A stretch of DNA of 45,577 nucleotides, the filler included, from Jimgerdemannia flammicorona (lineage: Eukaryota): assembly GCA_003990765.1 (NCBI GenBank). It is 2 parts of 2 records of this genome, joined end to end, with 100 filler letters (N's around TTAATTAATTAA, not from the genome) between each part and the next. Parts side by side here need not be neighbours in the genome. Positions count along the whole stretch, not along the records: positions 1 to 22,740 come from RBNJ01001210.1; positions 22,841 to 45,577 come from RBNJ01001211.1. One strand, written 5' to 3'. Below are positions 10,640 through 23,300 of this stretch, in pieces. Each line of letters opens with the position of its first letter. Within the stretch, counting starts at the first letter, position 1. The position numbers and the translations under genes are program-made. Under the pieces are notes generated by a model. That model was not told the DNA's origin. It did not search any database and saw only the letters and a program-made list of their open reading frames with translations.

Positions 10640-11057
10640 AAAGTTGTACTCAATTTCATACAAGTCAACCCCAAGGCCCAGATCCCTCAAGCACAGTCAG
10701 AGGAGCCATTGGTTTGGACCTTCAAGCAGTACAACAAGTCACTATTCCGGCACATGAAGAAGGCTCATTCCAACTGGCCTTTCAGTCGAAATCTCCAAAG
10801 AACATTATGCAAGAATTGCACCAAGATCTGGCCTCAGCTTCAAGCACTCATTGGATGTTGGTGCTGGAGTCATAGACCCTGACTTTCGAGGTGAAATGCA
10901 AGTCCTGCTAGTCAACCACAAGAACCAGCCATATACTGTCAATGAAGGAGATAGAATTGCATAGCTCATTCTGGAGCGAGCCACTCTACCAGTTGTCAAA
11001 GAAGTTACCAAGCTGTCTTCCACCAAGCGAGATCAGAAAGGCTTTGGCAGCACTGAC
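10640..11057 (+). pseudogene. dUTPase of element B (between gag and PR)
   Basis: GAIGLDL, IAPRSGLS, GAGVIDPDFRGE, GDRIA*LIL, KRDQKGFGSTD; two 1-nt deletions and one stop. Confidence 0.95.
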
Positions 11058-11093
11058 AAAGTTGCAAGCATAGCTGAGAACTGAGCCAATTCA

Positions 11094-14000
11094 ATGCTCA
11101 TTTTCAAAGGTCTAGTCAAGGGACAAGAACTAGATGTTCTCATAGACAGCGGAGCTATTGGGAACTTCATCAACAAGAACCTCATCGACAAGCTCAAGAT
11201 TCTCACCAAACCAGCTGGCAAGAATGGTGGAGTTGTCACTATAGACGGCACCACCTTACCAATTGACTCAATTGCCACTAAACTTCTCCTCAAGATCCAG
11301 AAGTACTGGGAACGTTTAGATTTCGAGGTAGCACTACTAAGAGACCATGACCTGATTCTAGGCAAACCCTGGCTTACATGGCACAACCCTCAGATTGATT
11401 GGACCAAGAATGAAGTCACCTTGATTCAAGATGGAGTCAACATTACCATCAAACCAGACAAGACTCAGATGAGAACCCCAATTGCTACCCTTTCAGCAAT
11501 CCAGTTCAAGAAGACCCTCAAGAAAGCTACCTGTGCCTTTGTGGCACTGATCCGACCAAAGAAAGAAGACAAGAAGCTATCAATTGATGAAAGCATCAAG
11601 TTACTACTGAACAAGTACAAGGATGTCTTCCCAGACAAACTACCTGGTCTACCACCTTCAAGAGACCATGACCATGAAATCAAGTTGGTACCTGATGCAG
11701 CTATACCTAAGAAGAAAATGTACTGTATGTCTCCACTCGAAATTGAAGCAGTCAAGAAGGAACTCAATGAACTCATCGAGCAAGGAGCCATTCAGCCAAG
11801 CAAGTCACCCTTTGGCTCCCCAGTCCTATTTATCAAGAAAAAGGATGATACTCTGCGAATGTGCATAGACTACCGAGCACTCAACAAGATCACTGTCAAG
11901 AACCACTATCCACTACCACTCATAGATCAAATCTTTGATGCTCTCAAGAATGCAAAGTACTTCACCAAGATTGATCTCACCTCTGGGTATCACCAAATTC
12001 GAATCAAGCCAGAAGATATACCCAAGACTGCCTTCATGACACCCTTTGGACTCTATGAGTTTCTAGTCATGGCCTTTGGTCTCACTAATGCGCCAGCAAC
12101 CTTTCAAGACCTCATGCAAACTGTCTTTAAGGATCAGCTCTATATCTTTGTACTTGTGTACATTGATGACATCCTGATCTTCAGTAGCACCGAAGAAGAA
12201 CACCTCAAGTACATCGAACAAGTCCTCAAGATCCTCCGCGAGAACAAGCTCTATGCAAAGCTCAAGAAATGTGAATTTTTCAAGGATCAAGTCGAATACC
12301 TTAGACACATTATATCAGCCAAAGGAATTCAAGTAGACCCAAAGAAAATACAAGCCATTGAACAATGGCCTGTACCAGCAAACCTCACTGAACTCAGGTC
12401 CTTCCTTGGTCTGGCTGGATACTACTGTCGATTTGTCAAGAACTTCTCTGGCATCACAGAATCTTTGACAAACCTCCTGCGAAAGGAACCCAACTCTGAC
12501 CTCTATGTTCCCTACATCTGGGATATCTTCTGTCAACAAGCCTTTCAAGAACTCAAGAACTGCCTGACCCATGTACCTGTCCTTAGAAACATGGACCCAA
12601 ACTTGAAGTTCACGGTCACTACAGATGCATCTAACTTTGCCATTGGTGCAGTCATTTCTCAAGATGATGGTCAAGGACACCGACCTATTGCCTTTGAGTC
12701 AAGAAAATTGTCCCCAGTAGAACAAAAGCTGGCTACTCATGAAAAGGAACTCCTGGCAATCATACATGCCATCAAGACCTAGCGATACTATCTAGAAGGA
12801 GTTGAGTTTGACATGATCACTGATCACAGATCCCTTCAGTATATCAACACTCAACCAACCCTTTCTCGCCAACAAGCCAAGTGGAGTCAACTGCTTCAGA
12901 CCTTTACCCCAAACATCATCTACAAGCCTGGCAAAACTCTAGTTGTACCAGATGCACTTTCAAGGAGACCTGACCTTGCCACAATTTTACAAGTCATCAT
13001 GGTACCTGAATTCCTCAACCAGATCAAGAAGGCGTACGAACAAGACTCTCTGGTTCTACAAAGAAACACCAAGGAATTCAAGGAAAAGTACACCATCAAG
13101 GACAACCTCGTATACTATCAAGACAAAGTATATATTCCTGCCAACCCTGAACTATAATATAAGATTCTCCATGAACACCATGACTCTCCACTAGCTGGCC
13201 ACCTTGGAACTGAGAAGACCATCAAGAATATCCAACGAGACTACTACTGGCCAAACATGCTCAAGGAAATCAAGGAGTATGTCCAAAGCTGTGATCTTTG
13301 CCAAAGAAACAAGTCAAGCAACCAAGCATCTGCCGGTCTTCTACAACCCTTGTCAATTCCGACCAAGAAGTTCGAACAAGTCACAATGGACTTCATTGTA
13401 CAACTCCCATGAACCAAAACAGGCTATGATACTATTGTTGTGTTTGTGGACTGTCTCACCAAGATTACAATCGCCAAGCCAACCACAACCAATGCCACTG
13501 CCCCAGAAATTGCAAGAATCTTCTTCAAGACTGTCTTCCACCATTATGGACTTTCCCGAGTAATTATCAGTGACCGTGACCCCAAGTTCACAAGTCACTT
13601 CTGGCAAGCACTCTTCAAGACTCTTGGAACCCAAATTGCTATGTCTATGGCTTTCCATCCTCAAACCGATGGACAGACAGAGCAAATGAACAGAACACTT
13701 GAACAAATGCTCAGAAACTACGTGTTCTATGAGCAAGATGATTGGGACTACTATCTGACTTACGCCGAGTTCGCCTACAATAATGCCAACCAATCATCAA
13801 CTGGCCTTTCCCCATTTCAGCTACTTCATGGTCAAAACCCCAAGACCCCTGCAAGTTTAGTCCAATTCCAGCAATCCAGTCATACATAAGTCTCCACAGC
13901 CCAGAACCTTATCGACAAAATGGATTCTCTTCTCAAGATCGCCACTACAAACCTGCAAAAGGCTCAGCAATATCAAGCTAAGTATGCAGATAAGAAGCGG

Positions 14001-14453
14001 CAAGATGTCACATACAACATTGGCAATATGGTTCTACTCAAAGCCAACAACATCAAGGCTCAATCTCAAGTCAACCGCCAGTCAGCCAAATTCCAGCCCA
14101 AGTACCTTGGACCCTTCGAGATCACTGAGCAAGTCTCTATCTGGTCTTACCATCTCAACTTGCCAACAACCATGCATATACACCCAGTATTCCATATGTC
14201 ACAACTCAAGGCCTGGAACCAGTCACCCCCATACCCTGGCTGAATTCCGACACCATCAGCACCAGTCATAGTTGAAGACCACATCAAGTATGAAGTCGAG
14301 AAAATCTTAGACAAACAAGTCCAATACCATCGCACAGAATACCTAGTCAAGTGGATGGGTTACCCTGAATATGACGCCACCTGGGAACCTGCCGCCAACC
14401 TCAAGAACTCCCAAGACCTCATCCAAGAGTTCGAGCAAAAAGGAACTCATTGA
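11094..14453 (+). pseudogene. pol of element B: PR-RT-RNaseH-IN-chromodomain
   Basis: [61 protein letters not shown]; several stops. Confidence 0.97.
14289..14440 (+). other. Integrase C-terminal chromodomain
   Basis: YEVEKILDKQVQYHRTEYLVKWMGYPEYDATWEPAANLKN, aromatic cage Y/W/Y present. Confidence 0.95.
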
Positions 14454-14753
14454 CTGCCCGTGAGGTTCTCCCCTTGGATAGTAGATGACCTACTGTGCTG
14501 ATCAGGCACATTATGCATTGGGGCTCTCTAAGGGATACAGCATCAGAAGTAAGAGATACAGGAGAACCCTATAAATCCTGCAACCAATGAGGTTTGAACC
14601 AGTTCTCATCTGATCAAGATGATACTTTGGCCCTCACCTTATACAAGGATGGCCAATCCTTGCCAATGAGTCGGTATAGTTAATTTGAAGTTTCTTTTAG
14701 TCTTATTGTTTATCATGTGTATCTTTGAGAATTCAACGAGGACGTTGATTCTT

Positions 14754-14766
14754 AAGGAGGGGGAGA
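14754..14766 (+). promoter_or_regulatory. Polypurine tract of element B
   Basis: AAGGAGGGGGAGA abutting the 3' LTR. Confidence 0.95.
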
Positions 14767-15169
14767 TGTAACATTTTAGCGTAGTTTATTCCTTTTCTTT
14801 GTCTTTCTCCAATATTCTATAACCTTCTGGTACTTTCCGAATGCTTAGAAATCCTTTCTTAGCACCGAGCATTAACTAGTACTTATTTAGTTAGTCACTG
14901 AATGTCCTGGAAACTTGTAGAACTTTATTTGTCATCATTTGTCATCTTTGCCAAGAACTTTCTTCTTGGCATTTTCCTTTGATTTCTCAGATCCTTCCGG
15001 ATCCTTCTTTCAGATCTTGTATAAATATCCCCTTTGTTCTCATGAATAAAGCCTCAGAATATTTTCTCCCAGAAATCCTTTGAGAACACTTGAATCCTTA
15101 GTATCTCTTCGAGCTACTTAGGACTACCAGAATTAGCCGCTTCCTCATTTAGAAACTAGAACTGTTACA
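14767..15169 (+). repeat. 3' LTR of element B
   Basis: Direct repeat of 9140-9542. Confidence 0.98.
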
Positions 15170-18100
15170 TGTTTCTTAAAGAATTCATACTTCTTGAGCT
15201 TGGCATAAAGCTTATGTTTTTGCAGGATCTCCAGGACTATTTGAATATATTTGAGGTGTTCTTCTTTAGTTGTACTAAAGATCAGGATGTTATCAAGATA
15301 TATCAACAGGAAAATAAATAGTTGGTCCTTGAATGTCTTATTCATCAGAGTCTGAAATGTGGTGAGTACATTGGTGAGACTAAATGTGAAGACCAGGAAT
15401 TCATAGAGTCCAAAGGGGGTCATAAACATAGTCTTGGGAATGTCTTCTGACTTAATTCAAATCTGGTGATATTCTGACATAAGGTCTAACTTGGTGAAGT
15501 ACTTGGTATTCTTGAGAGCATCAAAGATTTGATCAATCAAGAGTAATAGATAGCAGTTCTTGACAGTGAGTTTGTTGAGTGCATGATAGTCTATGTATAT
15601 TTGCAGGGTACCATTCTTCTTCTTGACAAATAGAACTGGTGAGCTATAAGGAGATTTGCTTGGCTGGATGGCTCCTTATGTAAGTTGTTCTTCTAGTTCC
15701 TTCTTGACTGCTTCAACTTCAAGTAGTGATATGTAGTACATATATTTCTTGGGTAGTATAGCTCCTGGGGTCAGTTTGATTTCATAATCAACTTCTTGTA
15801 TAGGTGGTAGACCAGATAGCTTGTCTAGAAAGACATCCTTGAATTCTTCTAGTAGTAGCTTGATGTTTTCATTAACTGATAGTCTCTTGTCTTGTTTCTT
15901 GAGGTGAATTATTATAATAAAGACATGTATTGCCTTCTTGAGTGCTTTCTTATATTATATAGCTGATAGTGTTGCAATCTGGGTCTTACTCATAGTCTTG
16001 TCTGTCTTGATCATAATGTTGGCTCCATCTTGAAGTAGAGTAACTTCATTCTTATACTAATCAATATCTGGATTGTGTTTCATGAGCCAGGGTTTTCCTA
16101 AGATCAGGTTATGATCTTCTAGTAGTACAATCTCAAAGTCTACTTATTCCTAATATTTCTGGATCTTGATGGGTAGTTCGGTAACAATTGACTCAATGGA
16201 GTATAGAGTACCATCTGCAGTGACTATACTATTATTCTTGGGTGCAGGCTTGGTGAGGATCTTGAGGCTTTCGATGAGATTCTGATTGATGAAGTTCCCT
16301 GCAGCTCCACTATCTATGAGTACTTGAACTTCTTTTCCTTTGATTAGGCCTTTGAAAATGAGCATAGCTTGAGCTCAATTTTCACTAAGACTTGCTGCTT
16401 GATCAGTGCTGCCAAAACTCTTTTGATCTCATTTGGTTTCAGGGAGTTCTTGGACTTCTATAATCTTAAGTTGACTGGCTTTTTCCAGGATAATTTGTGC
16501 GACTCAGTCTCCTTCTTTAACTGTGTAGTCTTGATCCTTCTAGTTGACAAGCAAGACTTGAACTTGTCCTCAAAAGTCTGGATCAATAATACTAGTACCT
16601 ATATCTAAATGATGTTTGATACTGAGTTCTGATTATGGTGCAATTCTAGCATAATGTCCTTTAGGGCATTGAACTGCAATTCCAGTAGACACTAGAGTAC
16701 AACCCTTGGCTGGAATAGTGACTTATTTGACTGAGTGTAGGTCAAGACTAATGGCTCCTTCTGTTTGATATTGAGAGACCTGGGCCTTCAGATGAAGTTT
16801 CTTGATCTTGAACTCAAGTTGACTGATAGTGGAATTGACAAATATATCCTTGGACAACATGGTGACTGGTCTTGAGAGTTCGCTAGTCTTCCTAGGATAT
16901 TTGGTTGCAATGTATCCTGTTTGGTGATAGAAAAAACAGGCTGTGGATTTCTTCAGGTGGTCCTTTTCTTCAGGGGTGAGCTTGGTGTTCTTTTTGTTCA
17001 TAGTGTCTAAGTCCATTAGTGCCAGGCCAACTGTCCTTGGTTGGTTTCTGTAGCAGTTCTCAAAGTGGTTCTTCTTGTGGCATTCTGGCTCAAAGCAGTT
17101 ATCAAAGGTGATGATATTAAATTTATCAGTGATTCTCATAGCTTTATCAAGAGTTTTGGGCTCTTCTAGCTCAACCTTGACTTGTGTATTTCCCTTCAGA
17201 CCTTGGATATAGCAGTCTATCTTTTCATTCTCAGATACTGCTGGTAGCTTGAGTAGGATTGATAAGAATTGTATATTATAGCCTTGAACAGACTTAAGTT
17301 GCTTGATGTTTACTAGCTTGTCCCTGGCTAGCTTAGTGGCATTAGCAGACTTGAACTGCTTGTGAAGGGCTCTCTTGAAAGCTTCCCAATCTCTGATTCA
17401 TATATATGAGTATACAGATATAACCATAATATGATTGCACTACCAGATAGCTATATTTCCTTGGAGGAGTGTGGTGGCAAATTAGACTTATATGTCATCT
17501 TCCATTCTTATAAGTTTGAAGTATTGGTCCAACTAGAAGATCCATACATCTGTAGATAGTTCTCCTCAATGGCCATCAAAGATATCTGGCTTAAGTGGCT
17601 TGAAACTGACTAGTGCTATGGCAGGATGTGATGTTTCTATAGTTTGTATTTTCTGGTGTTCTACTTGTACTTGCAGTTCTTGAATTTGGTGGGCCATAGT
17701 ATTGATCATATCTTCTATGTTGAGCTGTAATCCTTCTACTTCTTCTATAGCAGAGGGGTCTGACTGATAGACTGACTCTTCATGGCTCATTTCAGGTTCA
17801 TGTGACTAGTTGTGACTGGTTTCTGAATTCATGTCAGTTTCTTAATAAGGCAAGGTATAATGACACTACTGCTACCAAGTGTAACAGTTCTAGTTTCTTT
17901 AAGAGAAAGTGGCTAAATCTGGAAGTTCTAGTTGATCTAAAGTAGTTTGAAGAGATACTTAAAGGTTCAAGTATTCTTGAAGAATTTCTGAGAGAAAATA
18001 TTCTGAGCTTTATTTAGGTAGAGAACAAGGATATTTATACATAATCTGAAAGAAAGATCTGGAAGGATCTTGGAAAGAAAGAGAAATGCCAAGAAATAGG

Positions 18101-18343
18101 TTCTCAGCAAAGCTGACTAATACTATTCTACAATGTTCTGAAAGGTTCCATAACTAGCTAAGACAAGATACTTGGTACCAAAAAAAGACAAGAATGTTCT
18201 AGTAGTGTCTGGGCACTGAGAGAAGGTTTCTAAGTAAGTAGAAGATAATGGAACATAGTAGAATGTTCAAGAAATAATAAGAAAAACCTAACTAAAAGAC
18301 ATAAAAATATATTAAGACTAAATATGACTGCAAAATTGTTACA
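15170..18343 (-). mobile_element. Older B-like element B' (5' LTR, PBS, gag, dUTPase ~16400-16820, PR, RT), truncated inside RT at the B junction
   Basis: [50 protein letters not shown] all match B; PBS TGGTAGCAGTAG at 17866-17877 (-). Confidence 0.95.
17880..18343 (-). repeat. 5' LTR of B' (464 bp)
   Basis: TGTAACA...TGTTACA termini; its 3' half resembles the B LTR. Confidence 0.93.
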
Positions 18344-21300
18344 ATATCTCTACTATAATAAGATATAAGAATGAGTAAGCAGGTCATCCATCTCCTACTA
18401 CTGATCAAGAAGTAGGCCCATCTACTCAGCCAGAAGCTGATATCCTCTTTGAAGAACCTAGTCAGTATTAGGATACATACTATCTTATCAGAGAAGAGAG
18501 TCAGATGAAGACTCAGAAGGATATCAGTTTAATGATAGCCAACAAGGAATAGCAGGTCCAGAAATCTATTAAGAATATATAGGTCAAGAAGATCAGACCC
18601 CAGAACCAATTCAGCCACCTATACAGAGGTTTGGTTTACTCACCCTTATAGAACTTTTTGATCTAATCTCTAGAAATCAAGTAATGCTAAGTTATATAGT
18701 ACTACAACCTCATCAGGCAGAATAATCTTCAGGAGAATCTACCCCTACAGGCCTACCACCAACAGTCAACATAATGGTAGATACTAATATTGCAGCTCTG
18801 ACTATCCAGCTGGCCACAATAGCATTAATAGTAGAACAAATTACCAAATAGAACAAACTAACTAAGATCTTACAAATTTCCACTTTTAGTAGAAGAAATA
18901 GTGATATTGAAATTTTCATTAATGTAGTAGATATAAGGTATCAAGCAAATCAATGGAATTATAACTAAGTATCTACTGGGATACTTACCAATAACCAAGA
19001 CAACACTCTTCAATAGCTATTTGCTACATCAGCAGTATAAATGGAAACAGTAGTCACATTCTTCACTGAAATAGTAGCTGAGTTCTGAAATATCTTAGAT
19101 GAATACCCAGTAATCTGAGAAGACCACCCTCAAGTCAATGGACAGATACTTGCTCATAATAGACCAGATTGGGATAACTATATAGCAGGCCCAGGCCTCA
19201 AGATCCTGCTACTGAACAAATTCTGAAATACAGCCTATATATAAGAAATTTGAAACAAACTAGCCCAGATGAAGTTTCACAAAAATAGTAAGGAGGATTT
19301 AGAAACCTTTGCCACTAAGATAGATACCTATATTAAAATTATAGGACTTATCTATTAAAAAAACAATTTGGCCATCAATGGTACCAGAGCTAACCATCTT
19401 TTTGTAGTCCTACCAGACTGACTCACCCAGAAGATTAAGGAACAAGGTCTCTTCTAAGGATGTTCCCACTACTTATAATACTTTGCCCAGATATAAAGAA
19501 GAGCCCATGAAATTCTTGTTATACAGGCCCTATGCAATTCAGAATACAAGAAGAACAACAAAGATAGAAGGAACCCTACTAGAAGAAATGATCAAAAGAA
19601 TAATCAAAGGAATGACCAAAGGAACCAGTGAAATTCCAGAGAACCAAGACCCCCTAATGAGGATGAAAAGAAGTAGTTTTGTGAAAAAGAATTATGCTTC
19701 ATTTGTAGGAAAGCAGGATATATCTCTATTAGATACTCTGAGAAGAGAAATAGATCAGATGAACCTAGTAACCAGAACATCACTATTATTAGAGAAGGTC
19801 CAGAAAAGAAGAACTCCAAGAATATTATCAAAGTACAGAAGATATGGTATAAGACTATTATCTCCACTAAAACCCATCCCACATATACAGGATATGACCT
19901 CTACAGTAGCCAAGACCTCACTATTCTACCAAGTATCAATACTATAGTGTATACTAGAATTACAATATAAGCTTCCAAAGGAACATAAATCCATCTTGCT
20001 AAATGAAGTAGCAAGGCCAAAGAATTCAACATAGGGCTAGAAGGAGGAGTAGTTGACCAAGAATTTACTAGTGAAATCTATATTATCTTATAAAATTTTG
20101 GAGATATCTCATTCAAAGTCAAAGCAGATCAAAGAATTGCCCAGGTAATTATCAAAAAAATCTGTTAAGATCTCACTATTGAGAAAGTCTCTGAGCTCTC
20201 CCAGACAGACTATAGCAAGAAAGAGTTTGGATCAATCAACAAACCCCTTAGTCAAAAGGTTACCACTATGAAGGAAGATGATAAAAACTAGTATAAGAGA
20301 ATTGTAGATAGTTATATATCATATAGATGATGTCATCATTCTATTTAAATATACTGTATAGAATATATTAGTGAATACTATGTATGCCTCTCCAAAGTTT
20401 TCAAAATCCAATCTAAGAAGTACTAAGCCTAACAGACTGAGGAATCTAAACAAGACCACCCCACTCTTCTTATAAAAGATAGGGAGAGGTTGACTTTGAG
20501 AAGACTGACAGCAATTAGGATAATGAGAGTGAAGAGCTCAATACTATCAAGAAGGAGGACAGTTGCATCAGGTTCACAGGTCAAGTTTACAGACAGAATG
20601 TCAATGTCTTACTTGACAGTAGTACTACTAGAAACTATATCAGCACTAAGACTATCAAGATAATTGGAGTCTGAAGCAGACCAGCTATTGAGAAAAGGAG
20701 TATTACCTTTGGTGATAGTAAGACTATACCTTTGACCAAGATCTGTGAAGACCTATTGCTCAGGATTGGTAAATATTAAGAGAAGTTAGACTTTAGTATC
20801 ATAGATCTTCTAGGATAAGATATTATTATAAGAAAGGTCTAGTTGACTCAGTATAACCCAGATATCAACTAGAGGACCAATGAGATTAACTTGATCCATA
20901 AAGGTAGAAAGATCACTCTGTTACCTTAAGAGGACACCAATCATCAAGGAATCAAAATCATCTCTACTATTCAAATGAAGAGACTCTTCTATAAAAAAGG
21001 AAACACATACTTCATCTATACTATACAAGAAGTTACTGAAGTCTAGAGTAGCCCAATCTCACCAGAAGTTCAAGAATTATTTAAAGAATTTCAAGATACA
21101 TTCCAGGAACCCAAAGGACTTCCACCTAAGTATCAAATCTAATATGGAATTGATCTCATTCCAGAATCTAAACATCTATATAAGAGTATCTATCAACTGG
21201 CCCAACCTGAACTCAAGATTCTTAAGAATGAGTTTACCAAACTATTGGCCCAAAGATATATTGAACTCAGCCATTCCTCATTTGAAGCCTTTATTCTATT

Positions 21301-22580
21301 TATCAAAAAGAAGGATAGCTCTCTATAAATATATATTGACTATAGAGCTTTCAACAAGATCACCATCAAGAATCAGTATACCTTGTCTAGGATTTATAAG
21401 TTATTGTACCAAATATTCAAGGCCAAGACCTTTTCTCTACTGGATTTGCAAAATTGTTACCATCAGATTCTCATTAATGAGAAGGACATTGAGAAGATAG
21501 CTTTCCAAATGCAGTTTGGATACTATTAGTTCTAAGTCATGCCTTTTGATTTAACTAATATATTAGCAATATTCTAGTATCTGATAAATAATATCTTTGA
21601 ATTACTGCTTAACATTTGTATTCTTATATATATTGATGATATACTAATCTATAGCAAAACAGTAGAGCTATACTATACCCATCTCAGGCAGGTATTAATC
21701 CTTCTATAAGAATACCAGCTCTATACTAAGATGAGTAAGTACAAGTTCTATCAAGACTAGATTGAGTATTTAGGGTATATCATTTCTGCTGAAAGTATTA
21801 ATATAGACTTTTGAAAGATATCAGCTTTCAAGGATATCTTTATCCCTACTATCCATAAGCTGCTCCAGCACTTCCTGAGTATTATTGGTTACTACTGAAG
21901 ATTTATCTAAGAATACTCTACTATTATAGTTCTACTGATTAGCCTGGCCTACAAAGGAGTGAACATCAAGACCAAATAGACCCCTGAGTACATCCAGGCT
22001 ATAGATCACCTTAAGAGACTCCTTTCTGAGACCCCAGTACTAATTATATCTAACTTTACTAGACCATTCACTCTGACTACAAATGCCTCTAATATTGTCA
22101 TTAGAGTAGTACTCAGTCAAGAAGATTACTCAGTGGCCTATCTCTCCCAAAAGCTCAAGCCAACTGAGACTCAGTATACTACTCATGAGAAGGAACTCCT
22201 GGCCATTGTTACTGCACTCCAGAAATGGTGCTATTTTCTCCTAGGACAACTATTTGTAGCCTATACTAATCACTATGCTCTGCAGTATATTTATACATAG
22301 CCCATACTGACCCATAGACATATCTGTTAGATAGAAATCATTGCTAACTTTGATATAAAAATCATATATATCTCAGGCAAAATCAACTATATGACTGATG
22401 GTTTCTCTGAGTATATAGAAGATGAACTTGTCTTTATGGTTAAGATAATTGGAGACCTTACTCAAATGATTAAGGATGACTATGCCTTATGTAAGATGTA
22501 CTAAAGATTCATAAGTAGTAACAAGCTACTAGTAGAACTTTTGCAACACCTGTCTATCCTGAGTTATAACTGAGATCAGA
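18344..22580 (+). mobile_element. Degenerate Ty3/gypsy element D: gag-dUTPase-PR-RT-RNaseH, both ends truncated
   Basis: CFICRKAGY knuckle (~19695), VLLDSSTTRNYI protease (~20600), IDYRAFNKIT, YIDD (~21630), [15 protein letters not shown]. Confidence 0.92.
19850..20243 (+). pseudogene. dUTPase of element D (between gag and PR)
   Basis: TGYDLYS, LAK*SS, EGGVVDQEFTSEI, DQRIAQVII, KKEFGSIN. Confidence 0.88.
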
Positions 22581-22585
<5 letters not shown>

Positions 22586-22625
<40 letters not shown>

Positions 22626-22740
22626 GTCGCTTGGACTCCTGTAATAGAACGAACGAACGAGGGAACAGATGGGACGCGACGAGCGACGAACGACGAACGA
22701 CGAACGACGAGCGATCACGTGACCCGGCGTGTTTTGTCGT
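22586..22740. repeat. T37 tract followed by a CpG-rich ACGA/CGACGAA repeat segment; possible end of a young non-LTR insertion
   Basis: Poly-T 22586-22622, then GAACGAACGAACGA, CGACGAACGACGAACGACGAACGACGA and TCACGTGA; ends at the gap. Confidence 0.55.
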
Positions 22741-22840
22741 NNNNNNNNNNNNNNNNNNNNNNNNNNNNNNNNNNNNNNNNNNNNTTAATTAATTAANNNN
22801 NNNNNNNNNNNNNNNNNNNNNNNNNNNNNNNNNNNNNNNN
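22741..22840. other. Artificial assembly gap/linker (N44-TTAATTAATTAA-N44)
   Basis: Exactly 100 nt, symmetric, central 12-mer gives stops in all six frames. Confidence 0.97.
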
Positions 22841-22859
22841 AAAAAAAAAAAAATATATC

Positions 22860-23300
22860 TATTCCATCATCTTCATTATCTGTACTATGGTCACTCTATT
22901 CCAAAGACTCCTCTTCTTCCTCAGAAAATAGAGTCTCAACTTGATGGATGATACTGAGGTAGATGGGTAGGATCATTCTTTGGAGATTATTCAGAGAGAA
23001 CTGGGCCTAGATCAGAGCTGAAGAGTTCCATTTGTAGATTGTATATAGTCTTTCTGCAGTAGTAGTGTCCCTTCTGTTCAGGCCAGTAGTATTGCAGACA
23101 TAGACCAGGTCTGAGAGGGGAAGATTCTGTAATTATTCTCCAATTGCATAGTAGGCCTACAGCTGGTGGACCTAGAGTAGTCTCTTAGCCAGAGTGAGGT
23201 TCTTTTAATGAACCTGGATTCTTTGGAGATATGTTCCATTGAGTGCTCAGAACTGTAGCAGAGAAATTGGTAGAGCTTAGAGAGAACTAAGGACAAGGGT
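22860..23300 (-). pseudogene. Post-integrase accessory ORF-X of C1
   Basis: L*AYYAIGE*L...AERLYTIYKW...acidic tail SEEEEESLE*SDHSTDNEDD; matches A ORF-X and C2. Confidence 0.7.

Larger units (their letters stand above)
9140..15169 (+). mobile_element. Near full-length chromovirus (Ty3/gypsy) element B with dUTPase
   Basis: Two 403 bp TGTAACA...TGTTACA LTRs, PBS, gag with CCHC, dUTPase, PR, RT, RH, IN, chromodomain, PPT. Confidence 0.98.

Noticed and set aside
873..13793. Numerous long antisense ORFs over gag/pol of A and B
   Set aside because: Reverse-strand shadows of retroelement coding sequence, no independent motifs
14570..14682. Group I intron-like words (AATCCTGCAACCAA, GGTATAGT) and HDV/hairpin-ribozyme-like words
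   Set aside because: Could not build P7/R or the HDV P1/P3 pseudoknot; kept only as an unclassified RNA motif
22785..22796. TTAATTAATTAA palindrome
   Set aside because: Synthetic linker centred in the N gap; adjacency of the two sides is not guaranteed
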